Source: Paracoccaceae bacterium (GTDB lineage: Bacteria; Pseudomonadota; Alphaproteobacteria; Rhodobacterales; Rhodobacteraceae). Taken from it: a DNA stretch of 64,000 nt. Of this stretch, positions 37,274-47,753 are shown one piece after another (position 1 is the first letter of the stretch; the number at the start of each line of letters is the position of its first letter). Made by a program: the position numbers and the translations under genes. The notes below the pieces were generated by a model. The model was not told the origin of the DNA and ran no database searches. It was given only the letters and a program-made list of their open reading frames with translations. Location of the stretch: positions 36,721-100,720 of the forward strand of contig JAXMDK010000016.1 in assembly GCA_046348855.1 (NCBI GenBank), written 5' to 3'.

Positions 37274-37460
37274 TGCTGGTTCCTGTCCTATGACAGGCGA
37301 AGAGGGAATGCGACAGGGATTGCGACGACTGGTCGCGTGATCCCGAAGCGCAGCCGCCCCCGCGACCGTGACCGGAGAGGCCCCGATACCACTGGCGACA
37401 GCCGGGAAGGTGGCGGGCCGGGGGGCAAGCCCCGCTCCGCAAGCCGGGAGACCTGCCAGC
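37274..37460 (+). ncRNA. Cobalamin riboswitch upstream of DUF1636-cobW-cobN
   Basis: AGGGAA, GCCCCCGCGACCGTGA, CCACTG, GGGAAGG, B12-box AGCCGGGAGACCTGCC. Confidence 0.93.
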
Positions 37461-37561
37461 GCGAGAGGTTCGTTGACGGCGGACGGGGTGTTCCGCGACC
37501 GGCTCGGGCGGCATCCGCCCCCGCAGGGTCATGGCTCCCCGCCCGTGAAAGGAAGGGAAGC

Positions 37562-37927
37562 GTGTCGGTCACGCTGCATGTCTGCATCACCTGCCGCCGG
37601 GGTGCGCCCGCGGACGCCGACGGCCCCAGGCCCGGCGCGGCGCTGCATCAGGCGCTGGTCGCCGCCGGCGCGCCGGACGGGGTGGCGATCCGCCCGGTCG
37701 AATGCCTGTCGGCCTGCGACAACGGCTGCAACATCGCGCTGTCGGCCCCCGGCCGCTGGTCCTATGTCTATGGCCACATGGACCCGGACCTGCATGTCGC
37801 CGACATCCTGGCCGGCGCCGCGGCCTATGCCGCCGCCGCCGACGGGCTGGTCCCCTGGCGCGACCGCCCGCAGATTTTCCGCAAGCAGTCGCTTGCCCGC
37901 ATTCCCCCATTGGAGCCAATCCCATGA
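37562..37927 (+). CDS. DUF1636 family Cys-rich putative metal/Fe-S protein
   Basis: VCITCR, ECLSACDNGC, PGRWSYVYG, PWRDRP. Confidence 0.82.
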   Translation: MSVTLHVCITCRRGAPADADGPRPGAALHQALVAAGAPDGVAIRPVECLSACDNGCNIALSAPGRWSYVYGHMDPDLHVADILAGAAAYAAAADGLVPWRDRPQIFRKQSLARIPPLEPIP

Positions 37928-38973
37928 GCGATCTGAACAAGATTCCCGTTACCGTCATCACCGGCTTCCTTGGCGCCGGCAAGACGACGCTGATCCGCCA
38001 CCTGATGGCCAATCCGCAAGGCAAGCGTCTTGCCGTTCTGGTCAACGAATTCGGCAGCGTCGGCGTCGACGGCGACATCCTGAAAAGCTGCGCCGACGAG
38101 AATTGCCCGGTCGAAAACATCGTCGAACTGGCCAACGGCTGCATCTGCTGCACGGTGGCAGACGATTTCATCCCGACGATCGAGGCCCTGATGGCCCTGC
38201 CGCAGCGGCCCGACCATATCCTGATCGAAACCTCGGGGCTGGCGCTGCCGAAGCCCTTGCTGAAGGCCTTCGACTGGCCGGCGATCCGCTCGAAGATCAC
38301 CGTCGACGGCGTCGTCACACTGGCCGATGCCGAGGCGGTGGCGGCGGGCCGGTTCGCGCCCGACGAGGCGGCGGTTCAGGCCCAGCGCGCCGCCGATGAC
38401 AGCATCGACCATGAAACGCCGCTGTCGGAAGTGTTCGAGGATCAGATTTCCTGCGCCGACATCGTGCTTCTGTCCAAGGCCGATCTGGCCGGCGCGGCCG
38501 GCCTGACCGCCGCCCGGGCGGTCATCGAAGCCGAGGCCCCGCGCAAGCTGCCGATCCTGGCGATGGAGGAGGGCCGCATCGACCCCCGCCTGATCCTGGG
38601 GCTGAATGCAGCGGCCGAGGACGACATCGCGGCACGGCCCTCGCACCATGACGGGCACGATGATCACGAACATGACGATTTCAACACCATCGTCGTCGAC
38701 TTGCCGGAAGTGGTCGACCCCGAGGCGCTGAAGGCCGCCATCGTGCGGCTGGCGCGCGACCAGAAGATCCTGCGGGTCAAGGGCTATGTCGCCGTCACCG
38801 GCAAGCCGATGCGGCTGCTGGTGCAGGCGGTGGGCGAACGGGTGCGGGCGCAATACGACCGGCCCTGGGGCGATCAGCCCCGCCTGTCGCGGCTGGTGGT
38901 GATCGGCGAACAGGCCGATGTCGATACCGACGCGATCCGCCTGGTCCTGACCCCCGAAACGCTGAGGGCCTGA
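37924..38973 (+). CDS. cobW: Cobalamin biosynthesis metallochaperone GTPase CobW
   Basis: GFLGAGKTT, GCICCT, ETSGLA, His-rich HHDGHDDHEHDD. Confidence 0.96.
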   Translation: MSDLNKIPVTVITGFLGAGKTTLIRHLMANPQGKRLAVLVNEFGSVGVDGDILKSCADENCPVENIVELANGCICCTVADDFIPTIEALMALPQRPDHILIETSGLALPKPLLKAFDWPAIRSKITVDGVVTLADAEAVAAGRFAPDEAAVQAQRAADDSIDHETPLSEVFEDQISCADIVLLSKADLAGAAGLTAARAVIEAEAPRKLPILAMEEGRIDPRLILGLNAAAEDDIAARPSHHDGHDDHEHDDFNTIVVDLPEVVDPEALKAAIVRLARDQKILRVKGYVAVTGKPMRLLVQAVGERVRAQYDRPWGDQPRLSRLVVIGEQADVDTDAIRLVLTPETLRA

Positions 38974-38982
38974 GGTCCGGCC

Positions 38983-41900
38983 ATGCACGTCGTCTTCCGC
39001 GAAAGCCACGGGCTTGAGGAAACCGAGACCCCGACCGACCTGGGCCAGAGCCCGGCCGATCTGGTGGTCCTGTCCTTTTCCGACAGCGACCTTGGCGCCT
39101 TCGCGGCAGGCTGGCACCGGGCGGCAGGCGGGTTGCCGACTCTGAGGCTCGCCAATCTGGTGGCGCTGAAACATCCGCTGTCGGTCGACACCTATGTCGA
39201 ATCGACGCTGGCCGGGGCCAGGGGCATCCTGATCCGGCTGATCGGCGGCGAAAGCTATTGGCCCTATGGATTGGCACAGGTGCAGGATCTGGCGCGGCGG
39301 CGGGGAATCGCGCTGGCGGTCCTGCCTGCCGACGGGCGCGAGGATCCGCGGCTCGACCAATTGTCGACGCTGCCGGTCTCGACCCTGCGGCGGCTGTCGC
39401 AACTGTGCGACGCGGGCGGCGCGGTGGCGGCGCAGGCGGCGTTGCAGCAGCTGGCGCTGGCGGCGGGGCTTTACGCCGGGCCGGTGGCGGGCGACAAGGC
39501 GGTGCCCGAATTCGGCTTTTACCGGCCCGGCCTGGGGGTCGCGCAACCGCCGCAGCCGGGTGAACGGCCCTTGGTGCTAGTCTCGTTCTACCGTTCCTAC
39601 CTGACCGCCGCCGACACCGATCCGGTCGATGCGCTGGTCGCGGCGCTTGACGAACGCGGGTTCGAGGCGGTGGGCGTCTTTGCCGCCAGCCTCAAGGACC
39701 ATGCGGCGGCGGCCTGGCTTCAGGCCGAACTGGCGCGGCTGAAGCCTGCCGCCATCGTCAATGCCACCGCCTTTTCCGCGCGGGGGGCGAACGGTGAGGC
39801 ATCGGCGCTGGATACGACCGGCTGCCCAGTGTTCCAGGTCGCGCTATCGACGGCGCGGCGCAAGGATTGGGCGGCCTCGGACCGCGGCCTGTCGCCCGCC
39901 GACCTGGCCATGCATGTGGTGCTGCCCGAGGTCGACGGGCGCATCTTCGCCGGCGTCGTCAGCTTCAAGCAGCCGACGAAACGCGACCCCGACCTGCAAT
40001 TCTCGCGCTTCGCCCACCGCGCCGATCCGTCGCGGGTGGCCGCCGTCGCCGACCGGGTGGCGGGTTGGCACCGGCTGGGCGCGACCCCGCCCGCCGAACG
40101 CCGGCTGGCGCTGGTTCTGTCGACCTATCCGGGCAAGGCGCATCAGCTGGCCCATGCCGTCGGGCTGGACGCGCTGGCATCGGCCGGGGCGATCCTTGCG
40201 GATCTGGGCGAGGCGGGCCATGCCGTCGAACCCGCAGGCGATCTCGGCAAGGCCCTGCTGGCGGAACAGCTCGAATGGCCGGTTTCGGCCTATATAGACA
40301 CTGTTTTGGCCCTGCCCGAACCCTTGCGCGCTGCGCTGTTCGCGGCCTGGGGCGACCCGGCCGACGATCCGCTGGTGCAAGGGGGGGCCTTCCGCTTCGC
40401 CTGCCTGCGTCGAGGGCAGGCGCTTGTCGCGCTGCAGCCCGAACGCGGCGAGGTCGCGACCCGGGGCGACGATTACCACGACCTGTCGCGCACCCCGCGC
40501 CATTCCTACGTGGCCTTCTACCTGTGGCTTCGGGCGCAGGGTCTGCATGCGCTGGTCCATATCGGCGCCCACGGCACGCTGGAATGGTTGCCGGGCAAGT
40601 CGGTGGCGCTGTCCGACGCCTGCTGGCCCGAGGCGCTGACCGGCGCGCTGCCGGTCCTTTATCCGTTCATCGTCAACGACCCCGGCGAGGCCGCGCAGGC
40701 CAAGCGGCGGATCGGCGCGGTGACGATCGGCCACCTGCCGCCGTCGATGGTGGCAAGCGCCGTGCCCGAGGGGCTTTTGCGTCTGGAACGGATGCTGGAC
40801 GAATATTCCACCGCCGACGGGCTCGACCCGGCCCGCCGCGACCGGCTGATCGCCTCCGTGCGGTCCGAGGCGCAGGCGGCAGGGGTCGAGACCGACCTCG
40901 GCATCCCGCCCGAGGCCTCGCCCGCCGAAGCCATCACCCGGATCGACCGCTTCGTCTGCGACATCAAGGAAAGCCAGTTCGGCGAGGGCCTGCACGTCTT
41001 TGGCCGGGGCCAGTGCGGGGCCGAGGAGCGCGCCGGGCTTCTGGCCGGGCTGGCGGGGCGGCGGGTCGCGGCCGGACCCAGCGGTTCGCCAGCGCGGGGG
41101 CGCAGCGACGTGCTGCCCACCGGGCGCAACCTCTACACCACCGATCCGCGCGCGGTGCCGTCGCGCGCCGCCCATGCCCAGGGCGTGAAACTGGCCGAGG
41201 AACTGCTGCGCAAGCATCTGCAGGATCATGGCGACTGGCCACGCGCGCTGGTCGTCGATCTGTGGGGGTCGGCCACCATGCGCACCGCCGGCGAGGAATT
41301 CGCCATGGCGCTGCATCTGGCCGGTCTTGCCCCGCGCTGGGACGCGGGGTCCGAACGGGTTTCGGGCTTCGAGGTGATCCCGCTGGCGCTGCTGCGCCGG
41401 CCGCGCATCGACGTGACCTTGCGGGTTTCGGGCCTGTTTCGGGACGTTTTTCCCGGCCTGGCGCAACTCTTTGAAGGCGCCGCGACCGCCTTGGCCGCCC
41501 GCGACGAATCGGCTGAGGACAATCCCTATCTGCGCCCGACGCCCCGGGTCTTTGGCCCCCGGCCCGGCCTCTACGGCCTGGCGATGGGCGCGGCGATCGA
41601 GGATTATTCGGGCACTGGCCAGCAGACGGCGGGCGAGGCCTGGCTGGCCGGGTCGGAATGGACGGTCGGCAGCGGCGAGGCCCGGCAGGCGCGCGCCGCG
41701 CTTGAAGATCGGGTGCGCGGCGCCGACGGGTTCGTGCATGTGCAGGACCTGGGTGAAAGCGACCTGTTGCTTGCCTCGGACTATGCGGCACACGAAGGTG
41801 GCTTCGCCGCCGCCGTGGCCCGGCTGGGCGGGGCGGACAAGGCGCTTTACCATCTGGACGCCACCCAGCCCGACCGGCCCCGCGCCCGCACTCTGCCCGA

Positions 41901-42228
41901 GGAAATTGCCCGCGTCGTCCGCAGCCGCGCCGCCGATCCGCGCTGGGCGACCGGCATGATGGCGCACGGCTTCCGGGGCGCCGCCGAAATTGCCGCGACG
42001 CTCGACCATCTGGCGGCGTTCCAGCATCTGGCCCGCGCGGTGCCGCCGCATCTTTTCGATCTTTATCATGACGCGACGCTCGGGCGCGACGATCTGGTGG
42101 CGTTCATGGAGCGGGAAAACCCCCTGGCGCTGCAGGCGCTGCGGGATCGGTTCGCAGCGCTGCGCGAGGCGGGCCTGTGGGTGACGCGCCGCAATTCGAT
42201 AGCGGCGATGATGGGGGCGGCATCGTGA
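38983..42228 (+). CDS. cobN: Cobaltochelatase subunit CobN (short form)
   Basis: MHVVFRES, LPEVDGR, GAHGTLEWLPGK, LPTGRN, DVTLRVSGLFRD. Confidence 0.96.
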   Translation: MHVVFRESHGLEETETPTDLGQSPADLVVLSFSDSDLGAFAAGWHRAAGGLPTLRLANLVALKHPLSVDTYVESTLAGARGILIRLIGGESYWPYGLAQVQDLARRRGIALAVLPADGREDPRLDQLSTLPVSTLRRLSQLCDAGGAVAAQAALQQLALAAGLYAGPVAGDKAVPEFGFYRPGLGVAQPPQPGERPLVLVSFYRSYLTAADTDPVDALVAALDERGFEAVGVFAASLKDHAAAAWLQAELARLKPAAIVNATAFSARGANGEASALDTTGCPVFQVALSTARRKDWAASDRGLSPADLAMHVVLPEVDGRIFAGVVSFKQPTKRDPDLQFSRFAHRADPSRVAAVADRVAGWHRLGATPPAERRLALVLSTYPGKAHQLAHAVGLDALASAGAILADLGEAGHAVEPAGDLGKALLAEQLEWPVSAYIDTVLALPEPLRAALFAAWGDPADDPLVQGGAFRFACLRRGQALVALQPERGEVATRGDDYHDLSRTPRHSYVAFYLWLRAQGLHALVHIGAHGTLEWLPGKSVALSDACWPEALTGALPVLYPFIVNDPGEAAQAKRRIGAVTIGHLPPSMVASAVPEGLLRLERMLDEYSTADGLDPARRDRLIASVRSEAQAAGVETDLGIPPEASPAEAITRIDRFVCDIKESQFGEGLHVFGRGQCGAEERAGLLAGLAGRRVAAGPSGSPARGRSDVLPTGRNLYTTDPRAVPSRAAHAQGVKLAEELLRKHLQDHGDWPRALVVDLWGSATMRTAGEEFAMALHLAGLAPRWDAGSERVSGFEVIPLALLRRPRIDVTLRVSGLFRDVFPGLAQLFEGAATALAARDESAEDNPYLRPTPRVFGPRPGLYGLAMGAAIEDYSGTGQQTAGEAWLAGSEWTVGSGEARQARAALEDRVRGADGFVHVQDLGESDLLLASDYAAHEGGFAAAVARLGGADKALYHLDATQPDRPRARTLPEEIARVVRSRAADPRWATGMMAHGFRGAAEIAATLDHLAAFQHLARAVPPHLFDLYHDATLGRDDLVAFMERENPLALQALRDRFAALREAGLWVTRRNSIAAMMGAAS

Positions 42229-43397
42229 AAACCGGCTCTGTCAGGCCCGAAATCAAGGGTTGGTGCCCCGGGGCCCTGCGGCCGATGATGTCCGGCGACG
42301 GGCTGGTGGTGCGCGTCCGGCCGCGCGGCGGGCGGCTGACGCAGGACCAGATGCGCGGCATCGCGGCGCTGTCGGCGCGGTTCGGCAACGGGCTGATCGA
42401 CCTGTCGGCGCGCGCCAATCTGCAAATGCGCGGCGTGGCCGAGGCCAGCCACGGACAGCTGATCGACGGGCTGCGGGCGCTTGGCCTGATCGACCCGTCG
42501 ACCGAGGTCGAGGCGCGGCGGAATCTGGTTGTCACCCCCTTCTGGCGGGCTGGCGACGGCACCATCGAACTGGCGGGCCGGCTGGCCGAGGCGCTGGCGG
42601 CGGACGATGCGCCGATGACGCCCGGCAAGTTCGGCTATGCAGTGGATTGCGGTCCGGCGCCGGTGCTGGGTGAAACCTCTGCCGACATCCGCATCGAGCG
42701 GGACACGGCGGGTCGCCTTCTGGTGCGTGCCGATGGCGCGACGACCGGCGCGACGGTCACGATGGAGTCGGCCGCTGCGGCGGCACTGGAACTTGCCGGC
42801 TGGTTCCTCGCCTCGGGCGGTGCACCGCAGGGGCGCGGGCGGATGGCGGCGCATCTGGCGCGAGGGGTGCGGTTGCCCGGCCGCTTTGCCGAGGTTGCCG
42901 CTGCCTCGGTGCCGGCCCATCCCCAGCAGCCCGGCCCCCGACCGCAGGGCTTTCTCGTCGGCTTCGAATTCGGGCAGGTTTCGGCTGAGACCGTCGCGGC
43001 ACTGGCCGAGGCCGGCTCGGTGCGGCTGACCCCTTGGCGCATGGTCCTGATCGAAGGGGCGACCGATGCGCCGGCCCTTCCCGACCTCATCACCACGCCC
43101 GACGATCCGCGACTGCGGGTGATCGCCTGCACCGGCGCACCCGGCTGCCCCCAAGGCTTGGCTACGACCCGGCCGCTGGCACGGGCGCTGGCACGGCGGA
43201 TTCCGCGCGGACAAACACTTCATGTATCCGGCTGCGGCAAGGGCTGCGCCCATCCCGGCCCCGCCGACCTGACCCTGGTGGCCCGCCCGGACGGCCGGTT
43301 TGACCTGATCCGAAACGGCACCACCGCCGATCCACCGCTCCGCGCCGGCCTAGACACGGCCAGCCTGATCCACAGCCCCGATTTCCTGACCGAGTAG
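42225..43397 (+). CDS. cobG: Precorrin-3B synthase
   Basis: KGWCPGALRPMMSGDG, ACTGAPGC, HVSGCGKGCA. Confidence 0.92.
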   Translation: MKTGSVRPEIKGWCPGALRPMMSGDGLVVRVRPRGGRLTQDQMRGIAALSARFGNGLIDLSARANLQMRGVAEASHGQLIDGLRALGLIDPSTEVEARRNLVVTPFWRAGDGTIELAGRLAEALAADDAPMTPGKFGYAVDCGPAPVLGETSADIRIERDTAGRLLVRADGATTGATVTMESAAAAALELAGWFLASGGAPQGRGRMAAHLARGVRLPGRFAEVAAASVPAHPQQPGPRPQGFLVGFEFGQVSAETVAALAEAGSVRLTPWRMVLIEGATDAPALPDLITTPDDPRLRVIACTGAPGCPQGLATTRPLARALARRIPRGQTLHVSGCGKGCAHPGPADLTLVARPDGRFDLIRNGTTADPPLRAGLDTASLIHSPDFLTE

Positions 43398-43400
43398 ACC

Positions 43401-44030
43401 ATGCCCCACAGCTACCAAACCGACGGCGCCGCGATCTATCTGGAAAGCTTCGCCACCATCCGGGCCGAAGCCGACCTCGCGCGCTTTACCCCCGAAGAAG
43501 AAATCGTCGCCGTCCGTATGATCCATGCCGCCGGCATGGTCGGGCTGGAACGCCACATCCGCTTTTCGCCGGGCATGGCCATTGCCGCCCGCGCAGCGCT
43601 GGAAGCCGGCGCGCCGATCCTGTGCGACGCGCGGATGGTCAGCGAAGGCATCACCCGGTCGCGCCTGCCCGCCGACAACCCGGTGATCTGCACCTTGCAC
43701 GACCCGCGGGTGCCGGATCTGGCGCGCAACATGGCCAACACCCGGTCAGCCGCGGCGCTGGAACTGTGGCGGCCACATCTGGCCGGATCGGTGGTCGCCA
43801 TCGGCAATGCCCCGACGGCGCTGTTCCACCTGCTGAACATGCTCGAGGATCCGGCCTGCCCGCGTCCGGCCGCAATCATCGGCTGCCCGGTGGGCTTCGT
43901 CGGCGCAGCCGAATCGAAGGCGGCGCTGATGGCCGACCTGCCGGCGCCGTCGGTCATTGTCGAGGGGCGGCTGGGCGGATCGGCCATCACCGTCGCTGCC
44001 GTCAACGCCCTGGCGAGTCGCACAGAATGA
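43401..44030 (+). CDS. cobH: Precorrin-8X methylmutase
   Basis: SFATIR, TRSAAA, IGNAPTAL, PVGFVGAAESK. Confidence 0.96.
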   Translation: MPHSYQTDGAAIYLESFATIRAEADLARFTPEEEIVAVRMIHAAGMVGLERHIRFSPGMAIAARAALEAGAPILCDARMVSEGITRSRLPADNPVICTLHDPRVPDLARNMANTRSAAALELWRPHLAGSVVAIGNAPTALFHLLNMLEDPACPRPAAIIGCPVGFVGAAESKAALMADLPAPSVIVEGRLGGSAITVAAVNALASRTE

Positions 44031-44749
44031 GCGGCGGCAAGGTCATCTGCGTCGGCCTTGGCCCCGGCGACCCCGACCTGATGAGCGTTCGCGCCGACCG
44101 GATGGTGCGCGGCGCGGCCCATGTCGCCTACTTCCGCAAACGCGGCTACGAAGGCCAGGCGCGGCGGATCGTCGAAGGGATGCTGCGGACGGACGCCACC
44201 GAATATGCGATGGACTATCCGGTGACGACCGAGATCAGCTTCGCCGACCCGGAATACAACCGGCTGATGGCAGAATTCTATGAGCACTGGGCCGAAAAAC
44301 TGGCGCTTTTGGCCGGAACAGAGACGGTTCTGGTGCTGTGCGAAGGCGATCCGTTCTTTTACGGCAGCTTCATGCATCTTTACACCCGGCTGCGCGACCG
44401 GGTGCCGGTCGAGGTGGTGCCCGGCATCACCGGGATGTCCGGCTGCTGGACGGCGACGGGCGAGCCGATCACCTGGGGCGACGACGTGCTGACGGTGGTG
44501 ACCGCCACGATGAGCGAGGCCGACCTGACCGCGCGGGCGCGGGCGACCGATGCGCTGGTGGTGATGAAGATCGGCCGCAACCTCGACAAGCTGCGCCGCG
44601 CGCTGCAGGCCGCCGGCCGGCTGGACGACGCCTGGCTGGTCGAACGCGGCACCATGCCCGACCAGAAGGTCCACCGCCTGGCGACCGCGCCCGCCAAGGT
44701 GCCCTATTTCTCGATCGCGGTCATCCACGGCCAGGGGCGCCGGCCATGA
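44027..44749 (+). CDS. cobI: Precorrin-2 C20-methyltransferase
   Basis: GLGPGDPDL, YPVTTE, CEGDPFFYGS, MKIGRN. Confidence 0.95.
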   Translation: MSGGKVICVGLGPGDPDLMSVRADRMVRGAAHVAYFRKRGYEGQARRIVEGMLRTDATEYAMDYPVTTEISFADPEYNRLMAEFYEHWAEKLALLAGTETVLVLCEGDPFFYGSFMHLYTRLRDRVPVEVVPGITGMSGCWTATGEPITWGDDVLTVVTATMSEADLTARARATDALVVMKIGRNLDKLRRALQAAGRLDDAWLVERGTMPDQKVHRLATAPAKVPYFSIAVIHGQGRRP

Positions 44750-45480
44750 GCGGCTGGCTGAAGATTGCCGGCCTCGGGCCCGGCGACGAGGCGCTGCTGA
44801 CCGATCAGGTGCGCACCGCGCTGGAACAGGCGACGGACGTGGTGGGCTACATTCCCTATGTCGCCCGGGTGGCCGAGCGGCCCGGCCTGCGGCTTCATCC
44901 GTCCGACAACCGGGTGGAGCTGGACCGTGCCAACCATGCGCTGGACATGGCGGCCGAGGGACGGCGGGTGGTGGTGGTTTCGTCCGGCGATCCCGGCGTC
45001 TTCGCGATGGCGGCGGCGGTGTTCGAGGCGCTGGAAGCGCGGCCCGACCCCGACCGTTTCGACATCGAGGTCCTGCCCGGCATCACCGCGATGCTGGCCG
45101 CCGCCGCGCGGCTGGGGGCGCCCTTGGGCCACGATTTCTGCGCGATCAACCTGTCGGACAATCTCAAGCCCTGGGAGGTGATCGAACGACGGCTGAGGCT
45201 AGCGGCGCAGGGCGGATTTGCGATGGCCTTCTACAACCCCCGCGCCGCCTCTCGCCCCGGCCGGTTTGAACGGGTGCTGGAGATCCTGCGCGCCGAACTG
45301 CCGGGGTCGGTGCTGGTGTCCTTCGCCCGCGCGGTGTCCACGCCGGAGGAACGGCTTCAGACCGTGACGCTTGACGCCGCCGCACCCGACATGGCCGACA
45401 TGCGCACGATGGTCATCGTCGGCAATGCCGATACCCGTCGGGTCGGGCGCTTCATCTATTCGCCGAGGCGCGCGGGATGA
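44746..45480 (+). CDS. cobJ: Precorrin-3B C17-methyltransferase
   Basis: SSGDPGVF, GAPLGHDF, LSDNLKPW, FYNP. Confidence 0.95.
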   Translation: MSGWLKIAGLGPGDEALLTDQVRTALEQATDVVGYIPYVARVAERPGLRLHPSDNRVELDRANHALDMAAEGRRVVVVSSGDPGVFAMAAAVFEALEARPDPDRFDIEVLPGITAMLAAAARLGAPLGHDFCAINLSDNLKPWEVIERRLRLAAQGGFAMAFYNPRAASRPGRFERVLEILRAELPGSVLVSFARAVSTPEERLQTVTLDAAAPDMADMRTMVIVGNADTRRVGRFIYSPRRAG

Positions 45481-46208
45481 GCGTCCAGCCACGCCATCAC
45501 CGCCTCGGCGCTGTGCAGCACCAACCGCGGCGGAATCTCCGGCCGGTCGATCAGGATCACCGGAATCCCCAAGGTTCGAGCCGCTTTCAGCTTGGCTTCT
45601 GCCCCCGCACCGCCGGCGTTCTTGGCGACGATATGGGTGATGCAATGGTCCTTCAGCAACGCCAGATCGCCGGCTTCGGTGAAGGGGCCGCGGGCGATGA
45701 CCGCCTCGGCGTCCGGCAGGGGCAAAGGCCCGTCCGGCGGATCGACCAGCCGCAACAGGTAATGGTGCCAGGGCTTGGCGCCGAAGGGGGCAAGGGTCTG
45801 CTTGCCGATGGCCAGGAAGACCCGGCCCGGTCGTTCGGGCAGGGCGGCGACGGCGGACTGAAGGTCGGGAACCCGCTGCCAGTCGTCGCTCGGCCCGGCC
45901 TGCCAGGGCGGCCGCTCCAGCGCGCACAGGGCGGTGCCGGTTTCGGCGCAGGCGGCGACGGCGTTGCGGCTCATCGTGGCGGCGAAGGGGTGGGTCGCGT
46001 CGACGACATTGCTGATCCGTTCGGCCCGCAGATAGTCGGCCAACCCTTCGGCGCCGCCGAAGCCGCCGATCCTTGTCGGCAGCGGCTGGGCCAGCGGCGC
46101 GTCGGTGCGCCCCGCGTAGGAAAAGACCGCGTCGATCCCGGCCGACGCCAGGGCGCGCGCCAGGGCGGACGCTTCAGTTGTTCCGCCCAACAGAAGGACG
46201 CGGCGCAT
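45456..46208 (-). CDS. cobK: Precorrin-6A reductase
   Basis: LLGGTTEA, GGFGG, DATHPFA, RGPF, KNAGG. Confidence 0.95.
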   Translation of the reverse strand: MRRVLLLGGTTEASALARALASAGIDAVFSYAGRTDAPLAQPLPTRIGGFGGAEGLADYLRAERISNVVDATHPFAATMSRNAVAACAETGTALCALERPPWQAGPSDDWQRVPDLQSAVAALPERPGRVFLAIGKQTLAPFGAKPWHHYLLRLVDPPDGPLPLPDAEAVIARGPFTEAGDLALLKDHCITHIVAKNAGGAGAEAKLKAARTLGIPVILIDRPEIPPRLVLHSAEAVMAWLDAHPARLGE

Positions 46209-47394
46209 GTCTGATCCCTGGCTGACGATCATCGGTCTGGGCGAAGATGGACTGGCCGGCCTGTCCGAGGCAAGCCGCGCCGCGCTGGCGCGGGCGGAAA
46301 TCATCTTCGGCGGGCCGCGCCATCTGGATCTGGTGGCGGCCGGCGCGCGGGGCCGCGCCTGGCCGGTGCCGTTCAGCATCGAGCCGGTTCTGGCCGAAAA
46401 GGGCCGGCGGCTGGTAGTGCTGGCGTCGGGCGATCCCTTCTGGTTCGGCGCCGGCGGCAGCCTGTCGACCGGCCTGACGCCTTCGGACTGGACCTGCCAC
46501 CCGGCGCCCTCGACCTTTTCGCTGGCGGCGGCACAGCTGGGCTGGCGGCTTGAGGAAGTCCTGTGTTTCGGCCTTCACGCCGCGCCCTTCGCCCGCATCC
46601 GGCCGGTCCTGTCGCGCGGCCAGCGGCTGATCTGCCTGATGCGCGATGGCGGGGCGGTGGCCGAAATGGCTGGCTGGCTGAGCGGGCAGGGCTTCGGCCC
46701 GTCGCAGTTGACGGTGCTCGAGGCGCTTGGCGGTCCGCGGCAACGGGCGCGGAGCGTTGAGGCGCAGGACTACGGGCTTGCCGATGTCGCCCATCCGGTG
46801 GCGCTGGCCATCGCGGTAAAGGGCGCCAAGGGCCTGCCGCGCAGTTCCGGCCTGCCGGACGCGCTGTTCGCGTCGGACGGGGTGATGACCAAACGGCCGG
46901 TCCGGGCGCTGACCCTGTCGGCCCTGGCGCCGCGCGCCGGCGAACTGCTGTGGGACCTGGGGGCCGGGTCGGGTTCGGTGTCGGTCGAATGGTGCCTGGC
47001 CGCGCCCGGCGCCCGCGCACAGGCGGTCGAATCACGGGCCGACCGGGCCGACCTGATCCGCGCCAATGCGGCGGCCTTCGGGCTGGACCATCGGCTGACG
47101 CTGACGCAGGCGGACTGGCCGTCGGCCCTTGGCGATCTGCCGACGCCAGATGCGGTTTTCATCGGCGGCGGCGCGGATCTGGCAAGGATAGAGACGATTT
47201 TTTCTCTTGTGCCATCTGGCACCCGGATCGTGGCCAATGCGGTGACCATCGACACGGAAATGGCGCTGCTGGCGGCGCGCGAACGGTTCGGCGGCACGCT
47301 GATGCGCTTCGACCTGGCCGAGGCAGCGCCCCTGGGGCGGATGACCGGCTGGCTGCCGGCGCGGCCGGTGGTGCAATGGAGCGTCGAGCGATGA
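46207..47394 (+). CDS. cobL: Precorrin-6Y C5,15-methyltransferase (decarboxylating)
   Basis: [30 protein letters not shown]. Confidence 0.95.
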   Translation: MSDPWLTIIGLGEDGLAGLSEASRAALARAEIIFGGPRHLDLVAAGARGRAWPVPFSIEPVLAEKGRRLVVLASGDPFWFGAGGSLSTGLTPSDWTCHPAPSTFSLAAAQLGWRLEEVLCFGLHAAPFARIRPVLSRGQRLICLMRDGGAVAEMAGWLSGQGFGPSQLTVLEALGGPRQRARSVEAQDYGLADVAHPVALAIAVKGAKGLPRSSGLPDALFASDGVMTKRPVRALTLSALAPRAGELLWDLGAGSGSVSVEWCLAAPGARAQAVESRADRADLIRANAAAFGLDHRLTLTQADWPSALGDLPTPDAVFIGGGADLARIETIFSLVPSGTRIVANAVTIDTEMALLAARERFGGTLMRFDLAEAAPLGRMTGWLPARPVVQWSVER

Positions 47395-47753
47395 GGGTGG
47401 CGGGGATCGGCTTTCGCGGCGCGGCCAGCCTGCAATCGCTGATCGATGCAGTGGCCCGGGCCGGCGGCGGCGCCGATGCGCTGGCCACCGCCGAATCGAA
47501 GGCCGGGGCCGAGGTGGCGCAGGCGCTGGCCCGCGCGCTGGGCCTGCCGCTGATCGCGGTGGGGCGCACCGATCTGGAACGGCAGCCGGTGCTGAGCCAT
47601 TCGGCAAAGGTCGCCGAACGGTTCGGAACCGGATCGGTGGCCGAGGCGGCGGCGCTGGCGGCGGCCGGGCCGGGGGCGCGGCTTCTGGGGCCGCGGGTGG
47701 TTTCTCAAGACGGGCTGGCGACAGCGGCGCTGGCAGAAAGGACAGACGAATGA
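47391..47753 (+). CDS. cobE: CobE / CbiG C-terminal domain protein
   Basis: [22 protein letters not shown]. Confidence 0.8.
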   Translation: MRVAGIGFRGAASLQSLIDAVARAGGGADALATAESKAGAEVAQALARALGLPLIAVGRTDLERQPVLSHSAKVAERFGTGSVAEAAALAAAGPGARLLGPRVVSQDGLATAALAERTDE

